Shown here in pieces: positions 56,022 to 63,771 of a stretch of 64,000 nt of DNA (positions are counted from its first letter, which is position 1; each line of letters begins with the position of its first letter). Source of the stretch: an uncultured Planctomycetales bacterium. GTDB lineage: Bacteria > Omnitrophota > Gorgyraeia > Zapsychrales > Fredricksoniimonadaceae. Location of the stretch: contig CAZACW010000004.1 of assembly GCA_964483785.1 (NCBI GenBank), positions 6,794 through 70,793 on the forward strand, given 5' to 3'. The position numbers were made by a program, and so were the translations under genes. The notes beneath the pieces are model-generated. The model was not told where the DNA came from. It did not search any database and saw only the letters and a list, made by a program, of their open reading frames with translations.

Positions 56022-57395
56022 TCAGAACTGGAAATAGTAAAATGGATTTTGTCCATGGTCTCCCCAAAACAGGATGCTTAAAACAAGCCCGTAATAGTAC
56101 GCCCATCGCACCCAAGGCCTGTCCTTGGCAAAGATAAAATGCCCGCCGGTATTCTGCAGCAATAATTCTAAAAAGATCAGGGCAATGATCAATTCGATGG
56201 AAAGGACCCACCATTTGATATTAAAACCGAAAGACCTGTAACTCTCTGCCCAGGCACCTTTTCCCCATCCGCGTCCTAAATGGCCTACGATAAAAAGGGC
56301 GTCCGCCATGTCCCTGGCCCTTAAAAAAATGTTGGAAAAGCCGACTAAAGCGAGCGTCAAAAACACCTGGGCTGTCCGGACGAATACACTGCTTTTAAGA
56401 CCGGATTTTCTGCCGGGGCTCATGATCACATATAGTCCGTTGAGCACGCCCCAGACCATCAGCGTCGGGGAGGAGCGCTGCCCCAAGGCGCTGATCACAA
56501 AGACCACAATAATGTTCAAACACCATCGCCATGCAGGACATCGATGACCTCCTAAGGGCAGATAGACATAGTCTTTCAGCCATTGCGCATAGGTGACGCT
56601 CCAGCGCCGCCACCATTCAGCGGCCGAAGTGGAAAACAAGGGGAAATTGAAATTATCCGGCAAGCGAAAACCCAGGACTTTCGCCGCCCCTACAGCCATG
56701 TCGCAATATCCGGAAAAATCGCAATATAACTGCACCATGAAAAACAAGGCCGCCACAATGAATTGGGGCCCTTGATGACTGGGCACATCCCTGAAAACTT
56801 CATCCACCAAGACGGCCAAACGGTCCGCAATGACAACTTTTTTAAACAAGCCCCAGGCCATGAGCTTCAAGCCGTCGGCAATCCTCTGATAATCCACCTC
56901 ATGCCTCTCATGAAATTGAGGGATCAAGCGGTAGGACTTTTCCAAAGGCCCGGCCGCCAGTTGGGGAAAAAACATCACATAAAGGGCATAAATCCCCCCA
57001 TGCCGTTCTGCCCTCTGGCGTCCCCTGTAGACTTCAATGACATAAGAAAGGTTCTGCATCACATGGAAGGTCAGGCCGACCGGTATGATCCAATTGAGCA
57101 TGGACAGATTGAAATATTTGAAAACGAACAAAAAACTGCACGTGAGGATGATGCTTAGGACCAGATACGGCTTGGCGTTGCGATTTTTGAGGCGGGCCCC
57201 TTCGATCCAAAGGCCTGCCCAAAAGTTGATGATGATCATCAAAAGCAGAACCAGCAGATACGGCGGGAAAAACCACATGTAAAAGACGCAGCTGGCGGCC
57301 AGCAGCAGGGCCCAGCGCCAGGGGTGAGGGCACAAAAAATAAGACACGGACACAGCGAAGAAAAAAAACAAAAATGGGGCGGAATTAAAAAACAT
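56022..57395 (-). CDS. MBOAT-family O-acyltransferase (DltB/AlgI-like), copy 2.
   Basis: The polytopic product has the MBOAT His region (WRRWSVTYAQWLKDYVYLPLGG). The start is set at ATG 57395 (MFFNSAPFLFFFF...). Confidence 0.8.
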   Translation of the reverse strand: MFFNSAPFLFFFFAVSVSYFLCPHPWRWALLLAASCVFYMWFFPPYLLVLLLMIIINFWAGLWIEGARLKNRNAKPYLVLSIILTCSFLFVFKYFNLSMLNWIIPVGLTFHVMQNLSYVIEVYRGRQRAERHGGIYALYVMFFPQLAAGPLEKSYRLIPQFHERHEVDYQRIADGLKLMAWGLFKKVVIADRLAVLVDEVFRDVPSHQGPQFIVAALFFMVQLYCDFSGYCDMAVGAAKVLGFRLPDNFNFPLFSTSAAEWWRRWSVTYAQWLKDYVYLPLGGHRCPAWRWCLNIIVVFVISALGQRSSPTLMVWGVLNGLYVIMSPGRKSGLKSSVFVRTAQVFLTLALVGFSNIFLRARDMADALFIVGHLGRGWGKGAWAESYRSFGFNIKWWVLSIELIIALIFLELLLQNTGGHFIFAKDRPWVRWAYYYGLVLSILFWGDHGQNPFYYFQF

Positions 57396-57460
57396 GGGCA
57401 AGCTCCAAGGCCCTGCAGAAATCATGTTCACAAATTTTTGATAATACATTACTATAAGGC

Positions 57461-58375
57461 ATGGTGTTGCCCCCACCAACCATTATTCTTTTTGTGCTCA
57501 TCCTCCTGATAGGCATCTTCACCACCATCACGGACCTCAAAAGCCAGAAAATCTACAATGGCCATCTCCTGGCCGGTGCCATCTTAGGGCTCGGGGCCAT
57601 GATTTACGCCCTCATGTTGCAGGACCGGCAGGTCCTATCCCATGTCATCAACGGCGCGGTTGCTTTTATCCTCGGCTTCTTGCTGCACAGGTCCGCCGTC
57701 TGGAAAGGAGGCGACGCCAAATTATTCACGCTGTACGCCTTCCTCATGCCGGAGCCGGTGTACAATCAAGTCCCTTGCCCGCCGGTCGTAAACCTTTTTG
57801 CCTGTTCTTTTATTTCTGCGATGCTCATCCTCTTCCCATTTTTTATCAAAGATCTCATCATGCACCATCGGGCCATCGTTCTTGACCTGACCCGGCCCGT
57901 CAAGGTCCAGGCCTCCTTCAGGGCCATCGGAAGGACCGTATGCATATCCTGGATGCTCTTCCCGGTCTATTATCTTGCAAGAATGGCCAACCCTGTTATG
58001 ATCTTGACTGTAACCTACCTGATTTTCAACAAAGGCTATTCCGTCAAAAGTGAAGCCAAAAAACATTATATCGTGGATTTTTTAAAAAAGGAGTTCGTCG
58101 GGCTGTCGATCGGCATGGTCCTGGGATTGGGCCTGCGCCTTTGGCTGTCGCCCCATTCCCTGACCTTGCGCTCGCTGGCTGTGTTCTTGGCCATGATCAG
58201 CGTCTCAACGGCCATCTCGACGTGCATTCATACCGCCTTGCAGCATTTTAAGAATTACCATGAGCGCGTATCTTTTGCCCCCCTCCTTTTGTTCGGATGC
58301 TTGTTAAGTTATACCCCTTTCTTGACAATATTGACGCATTGGACTGCCCAATGGAACGTCCTCCTTTACCATTAG
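57461..58375 (+). CDS. A24-family (prepilin peptidase-like, CpaA/TadV-type) aspartic peptidase membrane protein with an extended C-terminal TM region.
   Basis: The first catalytic Asp context (TITDLKSQKIYN) and the second Asp motif (WKGGDAKLF, cf. GxGDxKLL) are both present. The 304-aa product is about twice the size of CpaA. Confidence 0.6.
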   Translation: MVLPPPTIILFVLILLIGIFTTITDLKSQKIYNGHLLAGAILGLGAMIYALMLQDRQVLSHVINGAVAFILGFLLHRSAVWKGGDAKLFTLYAFLMPEPVYNQVPCPPVVNLFACSFISAMLILFPFFIKDLIMHHRAIVLDLTRPVKVQASFRAIGRTVCISWMLFPVYYLARMANPVMILTVTYLIFNKGYSVKSEAKKHYIVDFLKKEFVGLSIGMVLGLGLRLWLSPHSLTLRSLAVFLAMISVSTAISTCIHTALQHFKNYHERVSFAPLLLFGCLLSYTPFLTILTHWTAQWNVLLYH

Positions 58376-59340
58376 AGATCATCATCGAGATCACCGGCAA
58401 ATGCAGGCTCTTATGCCCTTATTGCACAGGCCCGCGGACCGCCGATGTTCCTTTGCGTGAGATCCAGGAAACCATGGATGAGGCCGGCCGTCTTGGGATC
58501 GGCGCCGTGCGCATCACCGGAGGGGAACCGCTGATCCATCCGGACATCCAAAAAATTTTGGCCTATGCCAAATCCAAAAAATTCAAGGTCCTTTTAAATA
58601 CCGCCGCTGAAAACATCAGCCCCTCCCTGATGAAGTCGATCATCGCCAATGTCGATATAGCCCTCATCTCTGTGCAGGGGCATGATGAGGCATCCAACCT
58701 TGCCTACACCCGCACGCGGCATCCCTTTCTGGATAAAATCAAGAACATATTCCTTTTAAAATCCTATCTGCCGACCCTGTGGCTCGCCACGGTCATCACG
58801 CCTCTCATGGCCGGGTCATTTAAAAAATTCATGCCGCTGGTCAAAACGATCAATCCAGCGGCATGGACCTTGCTGCGCCCGATCAGCGCCATGAATGACG
58901 ATTTAAAACAAATGGATGCGGGTTTTTACCGCCGCCTGTCGCTTCAGATCCTCAAGGCCCGCCGAGAACAGGTCAATGTTTTTATTGCGAACCCCATCCC
59001 CTTATGCTTGACGGGGAACTTGAATATAGGCCGGGAAATTTTTTTCGGCGCCAGTTTCGATGACGGCCATGTCCGCATCGTGCGCAGCGCACAAGGGTAT
59101 TTCAAGCCGAGCTATTTTGTAGAACGGGATTTGGGCCGCAGCATCCAGGAAGCTTGGGACCATCCCTTCTTGAAAGAACTTGACCGCACTGATTATCTGC
59201 CCCAGGAATGCCAACGCTGCCCGGTCCATGAGATTTGCCGCGGCGGCTGCAGGGCCATGGCCGAGAAGGCGTTCCAAACTGCCCTGGCGCCGGATCCTTT
59301 GTTCGATTCAAAGCTGGCCCAAAAAGCCCTGTCAAAATAA
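58351..59340 (+). CDS. Radical SAM/SPASM-like protein (rSAM #10).
   Basis: The product has CRLLCPYC, TGGEPLI and the C-terminal cysteines CQRCPVHEICRGGC. The start is set at ATG 58351, which overlaps the peptidase gene by 25 nt. Confidence 0.7.
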   Translation: MERPPLPLEIIIEITGKCRLLCPYCTGPRTADVPLREIQETMDEAGRLGIGAVRITGGEPLIHPDIQKILAYAKSKKFKVLLNTAAENISPSLMKSIIANVDIALISVQGHDEASNLAYTRTRHPFLDKIKNIFLLKSYLPTLWLATVITPLMAGSFKKFMPLVKTINPAAWTLLRPISAMNDDLKQMDAGFYRRLSLQILKARREQVNVFIANPIPLCLTGNLNIGREIFFGASFDDGHVRIVRSAQGYFKPSYFVERDLGRSIQEAWDHPFLKELDRTDYLPQECQRCPVHEICRGGCRAMAEKAFQTALAPDPLFDSKLAQKALSK

Positions 59341-59490
59341 AGCGTAAATGAACGGCGCGCTGGCTGAGCCCTGGGTCAAAACAATGATCAGCCCCATCAA
59401 GACCATGATCAAAACGATGGGCAGCAGCCATAACCGCTTTCTGACTGTTAAAAACTGCCAAAATTCTTTTAAAACACTTAATTTGGACAT
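59332..59490 (-). CDS. SxtK-like (DUF5989-type) 52-aa membrane micro-protein.
   Basis: Manual translation gives MSKLSVLKEFWQFLTVRKRLWLLPIVLIMVLMGLIIVLTQGSASAPFIYALF. This pattern is typical of the small proteins that follow NodU/CmcH carbamoyltransferases. It is not in the ORF track because it is under 60 aa. Confidence 0.6.
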   Translation of the reverse strand: MSKLSVLKEFWQFLTVRKRLWLLPIVLIMVLMGLIIVLTQGSASAPFIYALF

Positions 59491-59499
59491 TGATGGACC

Positions 59500-59769
59500 C
59501 TAAAATTGGTTTAAATACCGCTGCTTAACGTCGGACGATGCCTCAACCGGGCTCCAGTAAGAAGGCCTTCGATCATCCCAGGTTCTTTCCATAAAATCCT
59601 TGCCCCTAAGGCGAAGCAGGAGGGCTATGGGTGTCAACACCATCAAATATAGGATGGTCAGCAATACAAAACTGATTACCGCCTGCACCCATCCTGCCGC
59701 CTTGATTGCGGCATCCAAAATATATTTTAAGTCGCCCGAAAAATTTTCCTGAAATGGCCTTTTCATCAA
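59500..59769 (-). CDS. SxtJ-like small membrane protein.
   Basis: The 89-aa product has one TM helix and lies immediately downstream of the carbamoyltransferase with a 4-nt overlap. It follows the known carbamoyltransferase + SxtJ + SxtK trio arrangement. Confidence 0.5.
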   Translation of the reverse strand: MMKRPFQENFSGDLKYILDAAIKAAGWVQAVISFVLLTILYLMVLTPIALLLRLRGKDFMERTWDDRRPSYWSPVEASSDVKQRYLNQF

Positions 59770-61520
59770 TCCAGCTCCACGGCGATTAACTCACGGTTAT
59801 AGCTCCCCTGGCCGGGCTGCTTTTGGCGGTCAAAAAGACACTGCCCCACCAAAAGATAATCCATTTCCGTGCTCATAAAACAGCGGTAACTGTCCAGGCT
59901 TGAGCAGACCACGGGTTCTCCCCTGACGTTAAATGAGGTGTTGATCAAAACAGCACAGCCTGTCAGTTGCTCAAAAGCTTTCAGGATGCTGTAAAAAAAC
60001 GGATGATCATGCTCATCCACGGTCTGGACCCTGGCGGAATGGTCCACATGGGTCACCGCCGGAATTTGCTCGCCCTTCACAGGGGCCGTCAAAAGCATGT
60101 AGGGACTCTCCTGTTGGAGGTCAAAATAATCCCGGCAGCGTTCCTTTAGCACCACCGGAGCAAACGGACGAAAAGGCTCCCGAAACTTGATCTTCAGGTT
60201 CAATTTCGCCGCCATCGCCTCATCGCGCGGGTCTGCGATGATGCTGCGCGACCCTAAGGCGCGGGGGCCGAATTCCATCCTGCCGCGGCAAATGCCCACC
60301 ACCTTCTGCTCATTAAGGAGGCCGGCTATTCTTTGCGGCAGCTTTTCTTCATCCACATGCTCATAGACCCAGCCGTTTTGATCGGCCATCGTTCGGATAT
60401 CCTCTTGCCGGGGCCCCAACAAAGACCCCTGCTGAAGATCGTGAACTCCGTCGGCAAAGCGGGGCCTCTCTAAAAAATGGTGCCAGGCCAGCATGGCGGC
60501 GCCCAGGGCGCCGCCGGCATCGCCGGAGGCCGGCTGGATCCAAATCTTTTCAAAACCGGCCTCCTTTAAAATTTTAGCATTGGCCACGCAATTAAGGGCC
60601 GCGCCTCCGGCCAAGCAGAGATTTTTTGCTCCAGTCAGCGCCCTGGCATGCCCGGCCATTTTCAGCATCACCTCCTCGGCGATCTCCTGGATGGAGCGCG
60701 CCACATCCATGTGAAACTGTTCAATCTTTTCTTCGGGCCGTCGCGCCGGGTTTCCCAAAAGCCCTTCGAAAGCGCTGTTGATCATGGTGAGCCCGCAGGG
60801 GAATCCAAAATATGTCACGTTCAGGCGAAAGGACCCGTCCTCCTTGATATCGATCAAATGCCGCCGGATCAAATCCGCATAGACAGGACGGCCGTAGGGT
60901 GCCAGGCCCATCAATTTATATTCCCCGGAATTGACGCGAAAACCGACGTAATAGGTGAAGGCCGAATACAAAAGTCCCAGCGAATGCGGAAATTTCATCT
61001 CTTGAAGCAAGGTCATTTTATTCCCCCGGCCCTCACCGATGCTGGCCGTTGTCCATTCTCCCACTCCGTCCAAGGTCAGGACCGCGGCCTCCTTAAAAGG
61101 AGACGGGAAAAACGCGGAGGCCGCGTGGGACTCATGGTGGAGAGGGAATAAAACCGGTTTGCGGACGCCCAAGGCGGAAAGGATTTCTTCTTTTAAAAAA
61201 ATCCTTTCTTTAAGCCAAAGAGGCATGGCTTTGACAAACGAGGACAACCCCAAGGGTGCAAAGGACAGGTAGGTCAGTAAAAGGCGTTCAAATTTTAAAA
61301 ACGGCTTTTCATAAAACGCCACATAATCGATTTCGTCCGTGCCGATGCCCGCTTCTTTCAGGCAGTAGTCAATCGCCCTTCGGCAAAAAGCGGCATCATG
61401 TTTTTTGCGGGAAAACCGCTCCTCCTGGGCCGCGGCCACAATAGCGCCGTCTTTAAGCAGACACGCGGCGCTGTCATGATAGTATGCGGAAATGCCTAAT
61501 ATATAAACAGGCTTAATCAT
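59766..61520 (-). CDS. NodU/CmcH/TobZ-family carbamoyltransferase.
   Basis: The 584-aa product begins MIKPVYILGISAYYHDSAACLL..., a Kae1/ASKHA-like N-domain, and has a YrdC-like C-domain. Confidence 0.85.
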   Translation of the reverse strand: MIKPVYILGISAYYHDSAACLLKDGAIVAAAQEERFSRKKHDAAFCRRAIDYCLKEAGIGTDEIDYVAFYEKPFLKFERLLLTYLSFAPLGLSSFVKAMPLWLKERIFLKEEILSALGVRKPVLFPLHHESHAASAFFPSPFKEAAVLTLDGVGEWTTASIGEGRGNKMTLLQEMKFPHSLGLLYSAFTYYVGFRVNSGEYKLMGLAPYGRPVYADLIRRHLIDIKEDGSFRLNVTYFGFPCGLTMINSAFEGLLGNPARRPEEKIEQFHMDVARSIQEIAEEVMLKMAGHARALTGAKNLCLAGGAALNCVANAKILKEAGFEKIWIQPASGDAGGALGAAMLAWHHFLERPRFADGVHDLQQGSLLGPRQEDIRTMADQNGWVYEHVDEEKLPQRIAGLLNEQKVVGICRGRMEFGPRALGSRSIIADPRDEAMAAKLNLKIKFREPFRPFAPVVLKERCRDYFDLQQESPYMLLTAPVKGEQIPAVTHVDHSARVQTVDEHDHPFFYSILKAFEQLTGCAVLINTSFNVRGEPVVCSSLDSYRCFMSTEMDYLLVGQCLFDRQKQPGQGSYNRELIAVELD

Positions 61521-62743
61521 GGCTTGGCATGATTCAGCTGTTGGACCAACACCTTGTCGAAAAATTCCCTGCCGCCAAACTCTGCCTTAAGCAGGGGCCT
61601 GCCCTGGGGCGGACTGGCAGCGGCTTTTTGAACAGCTGATTTTAAATGTGCGGCGGTCAATGCCTGGATGGGAATGATCTCGGCCCCGATCCTTTCTTTT
61701 AACAAGGCCGCGCGGGCAAGCTGCTCCTGGATTGATTTGTCCCCATAACCGGCAAAAGGGACCACGACGGATTTTTTATGATATTTCAGCAGCATCACCG
61801 AAGTGTGGTAGGAGGCCAGGGAAACGCAAACATCGCTTTGCGCGATCAAACCTTCATAGTCACGGACCGCTCTCATCAAAAGAAGATTATGGGTTTTCTT
61901 TTGGGCGGCCAGCTTAGTAAAATAACGCCATTCCTGTAAGGTGGTCGAGGGGCCTGCCACCCCCGTCCAAAAATACTCATTGCCCAAAAGCTCGCTGGCC
62001 CGGATCGCCTGCGCGATCACCTTAGGATAGACCGCCCCGCCCCCGCGCAGCACAGCCACCTTGCAGGCGCCCCGGGGAATGGATGGCCGGGCCACAGGGC
62101 CGCCTTCATCCTGACGGATGACATTCTGTTGAGGCAGCAGATAGCCTGCAAAGGTGATTTTGGAGGCATGCCGGTCAAAAAAATCCAGATAGGCCCGCCG
62201 GACAGAAAAAGGCAGCTGTCGGGCCATATATTCTTTTTCCGACGGCGGGGAAAAAATAATGATCCGTTGGTATAAACCCAGGATCTTCTCCCTCCATCCA
62301 TGGCTGGCTCCGGTCAATAACGGATAGCCGGCCACGGCCCACAACAAGGCCCCTTGGCGAAACGCTTGAACAAGCGGCGGAATCAGGCTGTGGCGGCATT
62401 CTTCATTGCCCAAGGGAAAAAACTCTGTCACAAACAAGTCCGGCTTGATACGCCTCAATAGGTCCAGGTGCATGCCACAGTTCATGAGCGCATCCGCCGG
62501 CGCCTTCGCAAGGAGATGTCTAAAATGCCGGCGGTCAGCCATGGGCCCTGGACTCGCCTGCACCCGTCCCCATTCCTGAAGGCGGGCCTTGACCTGCCGT
62601 CTGCCCCTTTGGATAAAAAAAAGATCCCCGCCAGGGAATCTTTTTTTAAAGACTTCGCTCATGGCCAAGACGCGGGACGTATGGCCTAAACTATCATAAT
62701 GGGAAAATGAAATGACCGCCCTGGGGCACAGATTACTGGCCAT
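61517..62743 (-). CDS. GT-B fold glycosyltransferase (MurG/GT28-like), copy 2, paralogous to 41946..43157.
   Basis: The product is collinear with copy 1 (ISFSHYDSLGHTSRVLA / KPDLFVTEFFPLG / VLRGGGAVYPKVI / VCVSLASYHTSVML...VVVPF). The start is set at ATG 62743 (MASNLCPR...). Confidence 0.6.
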   Translation of the reverse strand: MASNLCPRAVISFSHYDSLGHTSRVLAMSEVFKKRFPGGDLFFIQRGRRQVKARLQEWGRVQASPGPMADRRHFRHLLAKAPADALMNCGMHLDLLRRIKPDLFVTEFFPLGNEECRHSLIPPLVQAFRQGALLWAVAGYPLLTGASHGWREKILGLYQRIIIFSPPSEKEYMARQLPFSVRRAYLDFFDRHASKITFAGYLLPQQNVIRQDEGGPVARPSIPRGACKVAVLRGGGAVYPKVIAQAIRASELLGNEYFWTGVAGPSTTLQEWRYFTKLAAQKKTHNLLLMRAVRDYEGLIAQSDVCVSLASYHTSVMLLKYHKKSVVVPFAGYGDKSIQEQLARAALLKERIGAEIIPIQALTAAHLKSAVQKAAASPPQGRPLLKAEFGGREFFDKVLVQQLNHAKP

Positions 62744-63488
62744 ATTGGGCCAGTGGACGGGGCGCTTTGGGGGCCTTGCAGGCATCGCGCATCTCGGCGT
62801 TGGCAATGCGCTGGCATTGTCCGTCCAGCCAGAACGTAAAATCCTTCTCTTCATCTGCGCGGGTCCTTTGGCTGGCTAATAGGCGGCAGCCGGACATGTC
62901 CATATACCAATTATCGTTCCAAGCGGGGCCGTAAGGGCCGACAAAATCCTTGATATATTTCTGGCAGGCACCGGCATTACCCGCAAAAGCATATGTAAAA
63001 GCTGTCCCTTCGACCCAGCCTGATTCACTGCAGTCGGTAAAAATCTTCATCATGTCTTTTCTGGTCCGCTCCCCGGGGGATTGGACCATATGGCACAACC
63101 CATTATTCCCGGCCTTGTGCTGAGCATCACTCATGGTCCCCCAAAAAGTCTTGAGGCATTCCATCGGCTGGCGGTCCCCTTGTGCGCTGCAGGCATTGGC
63201 AATACAGGACCAGGCCTTGACCCAGGCCTTTTCTTTCGCATCACTGTCGCAATTCCCCTGGCAGCCTCCCGCATTTCCCTTGGTCTTGTCAAAGGCGTCC
63301 AGATACAAATAATCTATGGGATTTCGATTCGGCTGATTTTGAGGAAGCAGGCTCATGGGCGGTGCGGCCGGGTCCTGATTGTTTTGCTGGGCCCATACGC
63401 TCTTGGCATCGGCCGTGGCCAAGGCCAGGCTTAAGACCAGCCATGAAATCTTTTTCAAATGACATCCGTTCACGGCAACCTCACGCAA
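62733..63488 (-). CDS. Secreted Cys-rich hypothetical protein.
   Basis: The signal peptide (K)KISWLVLSLALATADA is followed by about 16 Cys. The likely true start is the TTG at 63458 (MKKISW...). Confidence 0.5.
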   Translation of the reverse strand: MREVAVNGCHLKKISWLVLSLALATADAKSVWAQQNNQDPAAPPMSLLPQNQPNRNPIDYLYLDAFDKTKGNAGGCQGNCDSDAKEKAWVKAWSCIANACSAQGDRQPMECLKTFWGTMSDAQHKAGNNGLCHMVQSPGERTRKDMMKIFTDCSESGWVEGTAFTYAFAGNAGACQKYIKDFVGPYGPAWNDNWYMDMSGCRLLASQRTRADEEKDFTFWLDGQCQRIANAEMRDACKAPKAPRPLAQYGQ

Positions 63489-63495
63489 TCAAACT

Positions 63496-63771
63496 TCAAT
63501 AAGAAGTGTGTGTGGCGACATTCGTATGGTTCACGCTCCCGCCCCCTAAGCCAAGGCAGGGCCCGCCGGCGCTGACGACATTGGTATGGGTTTGGGTGGA
63601 ACCGTTGTCCGCGATTGACCCCACCACGCCCAGCGCCGCGACCGTTGACAGCCCGACCTTCAGAATCGTCTCCTTACTGACAAAGCCGTCCTCATCCTTC
63701 ATCAACGCGCCCAGGCTCTTGGTCAGGGCCGGCTTCTTGGCGGCGGTCTTACCTTTGTTCTTCCTTTTCAT
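63496..63771 (-). CDS. Small secreted/ membrane-anchored hypothetical protein with a Gly-rich C-terminus.
   Basis: The start is set at ATG 63771 (MKRKNKGKTAAKK...) with an upstream aaggag SD. A hydrophobic segment VGLSTVAALGVVG is present. The product is 91 aa long. Confidence 0.45.
   Translation of the reverse strand: MKRKNKGKTAAKKPALTKSLGALMKDEDGFVSKETILKVGLSTVAALGVVGSIADNGSTQTHTNVVSAGGPCLGLGGGSVNHTNVATHTSY

Noticed and set aside
57396-57479. Tracked N-terminal extension of MBOAT #2 that would overlap the divergent A24-peptidase gene start.
   Set aside because: MBOAT proteins start with the hydrophobic MFFNSAPFLFF-type segment found at ATG 57395. The extension is not conserved in character and would create a divergent 19-nt overlap.
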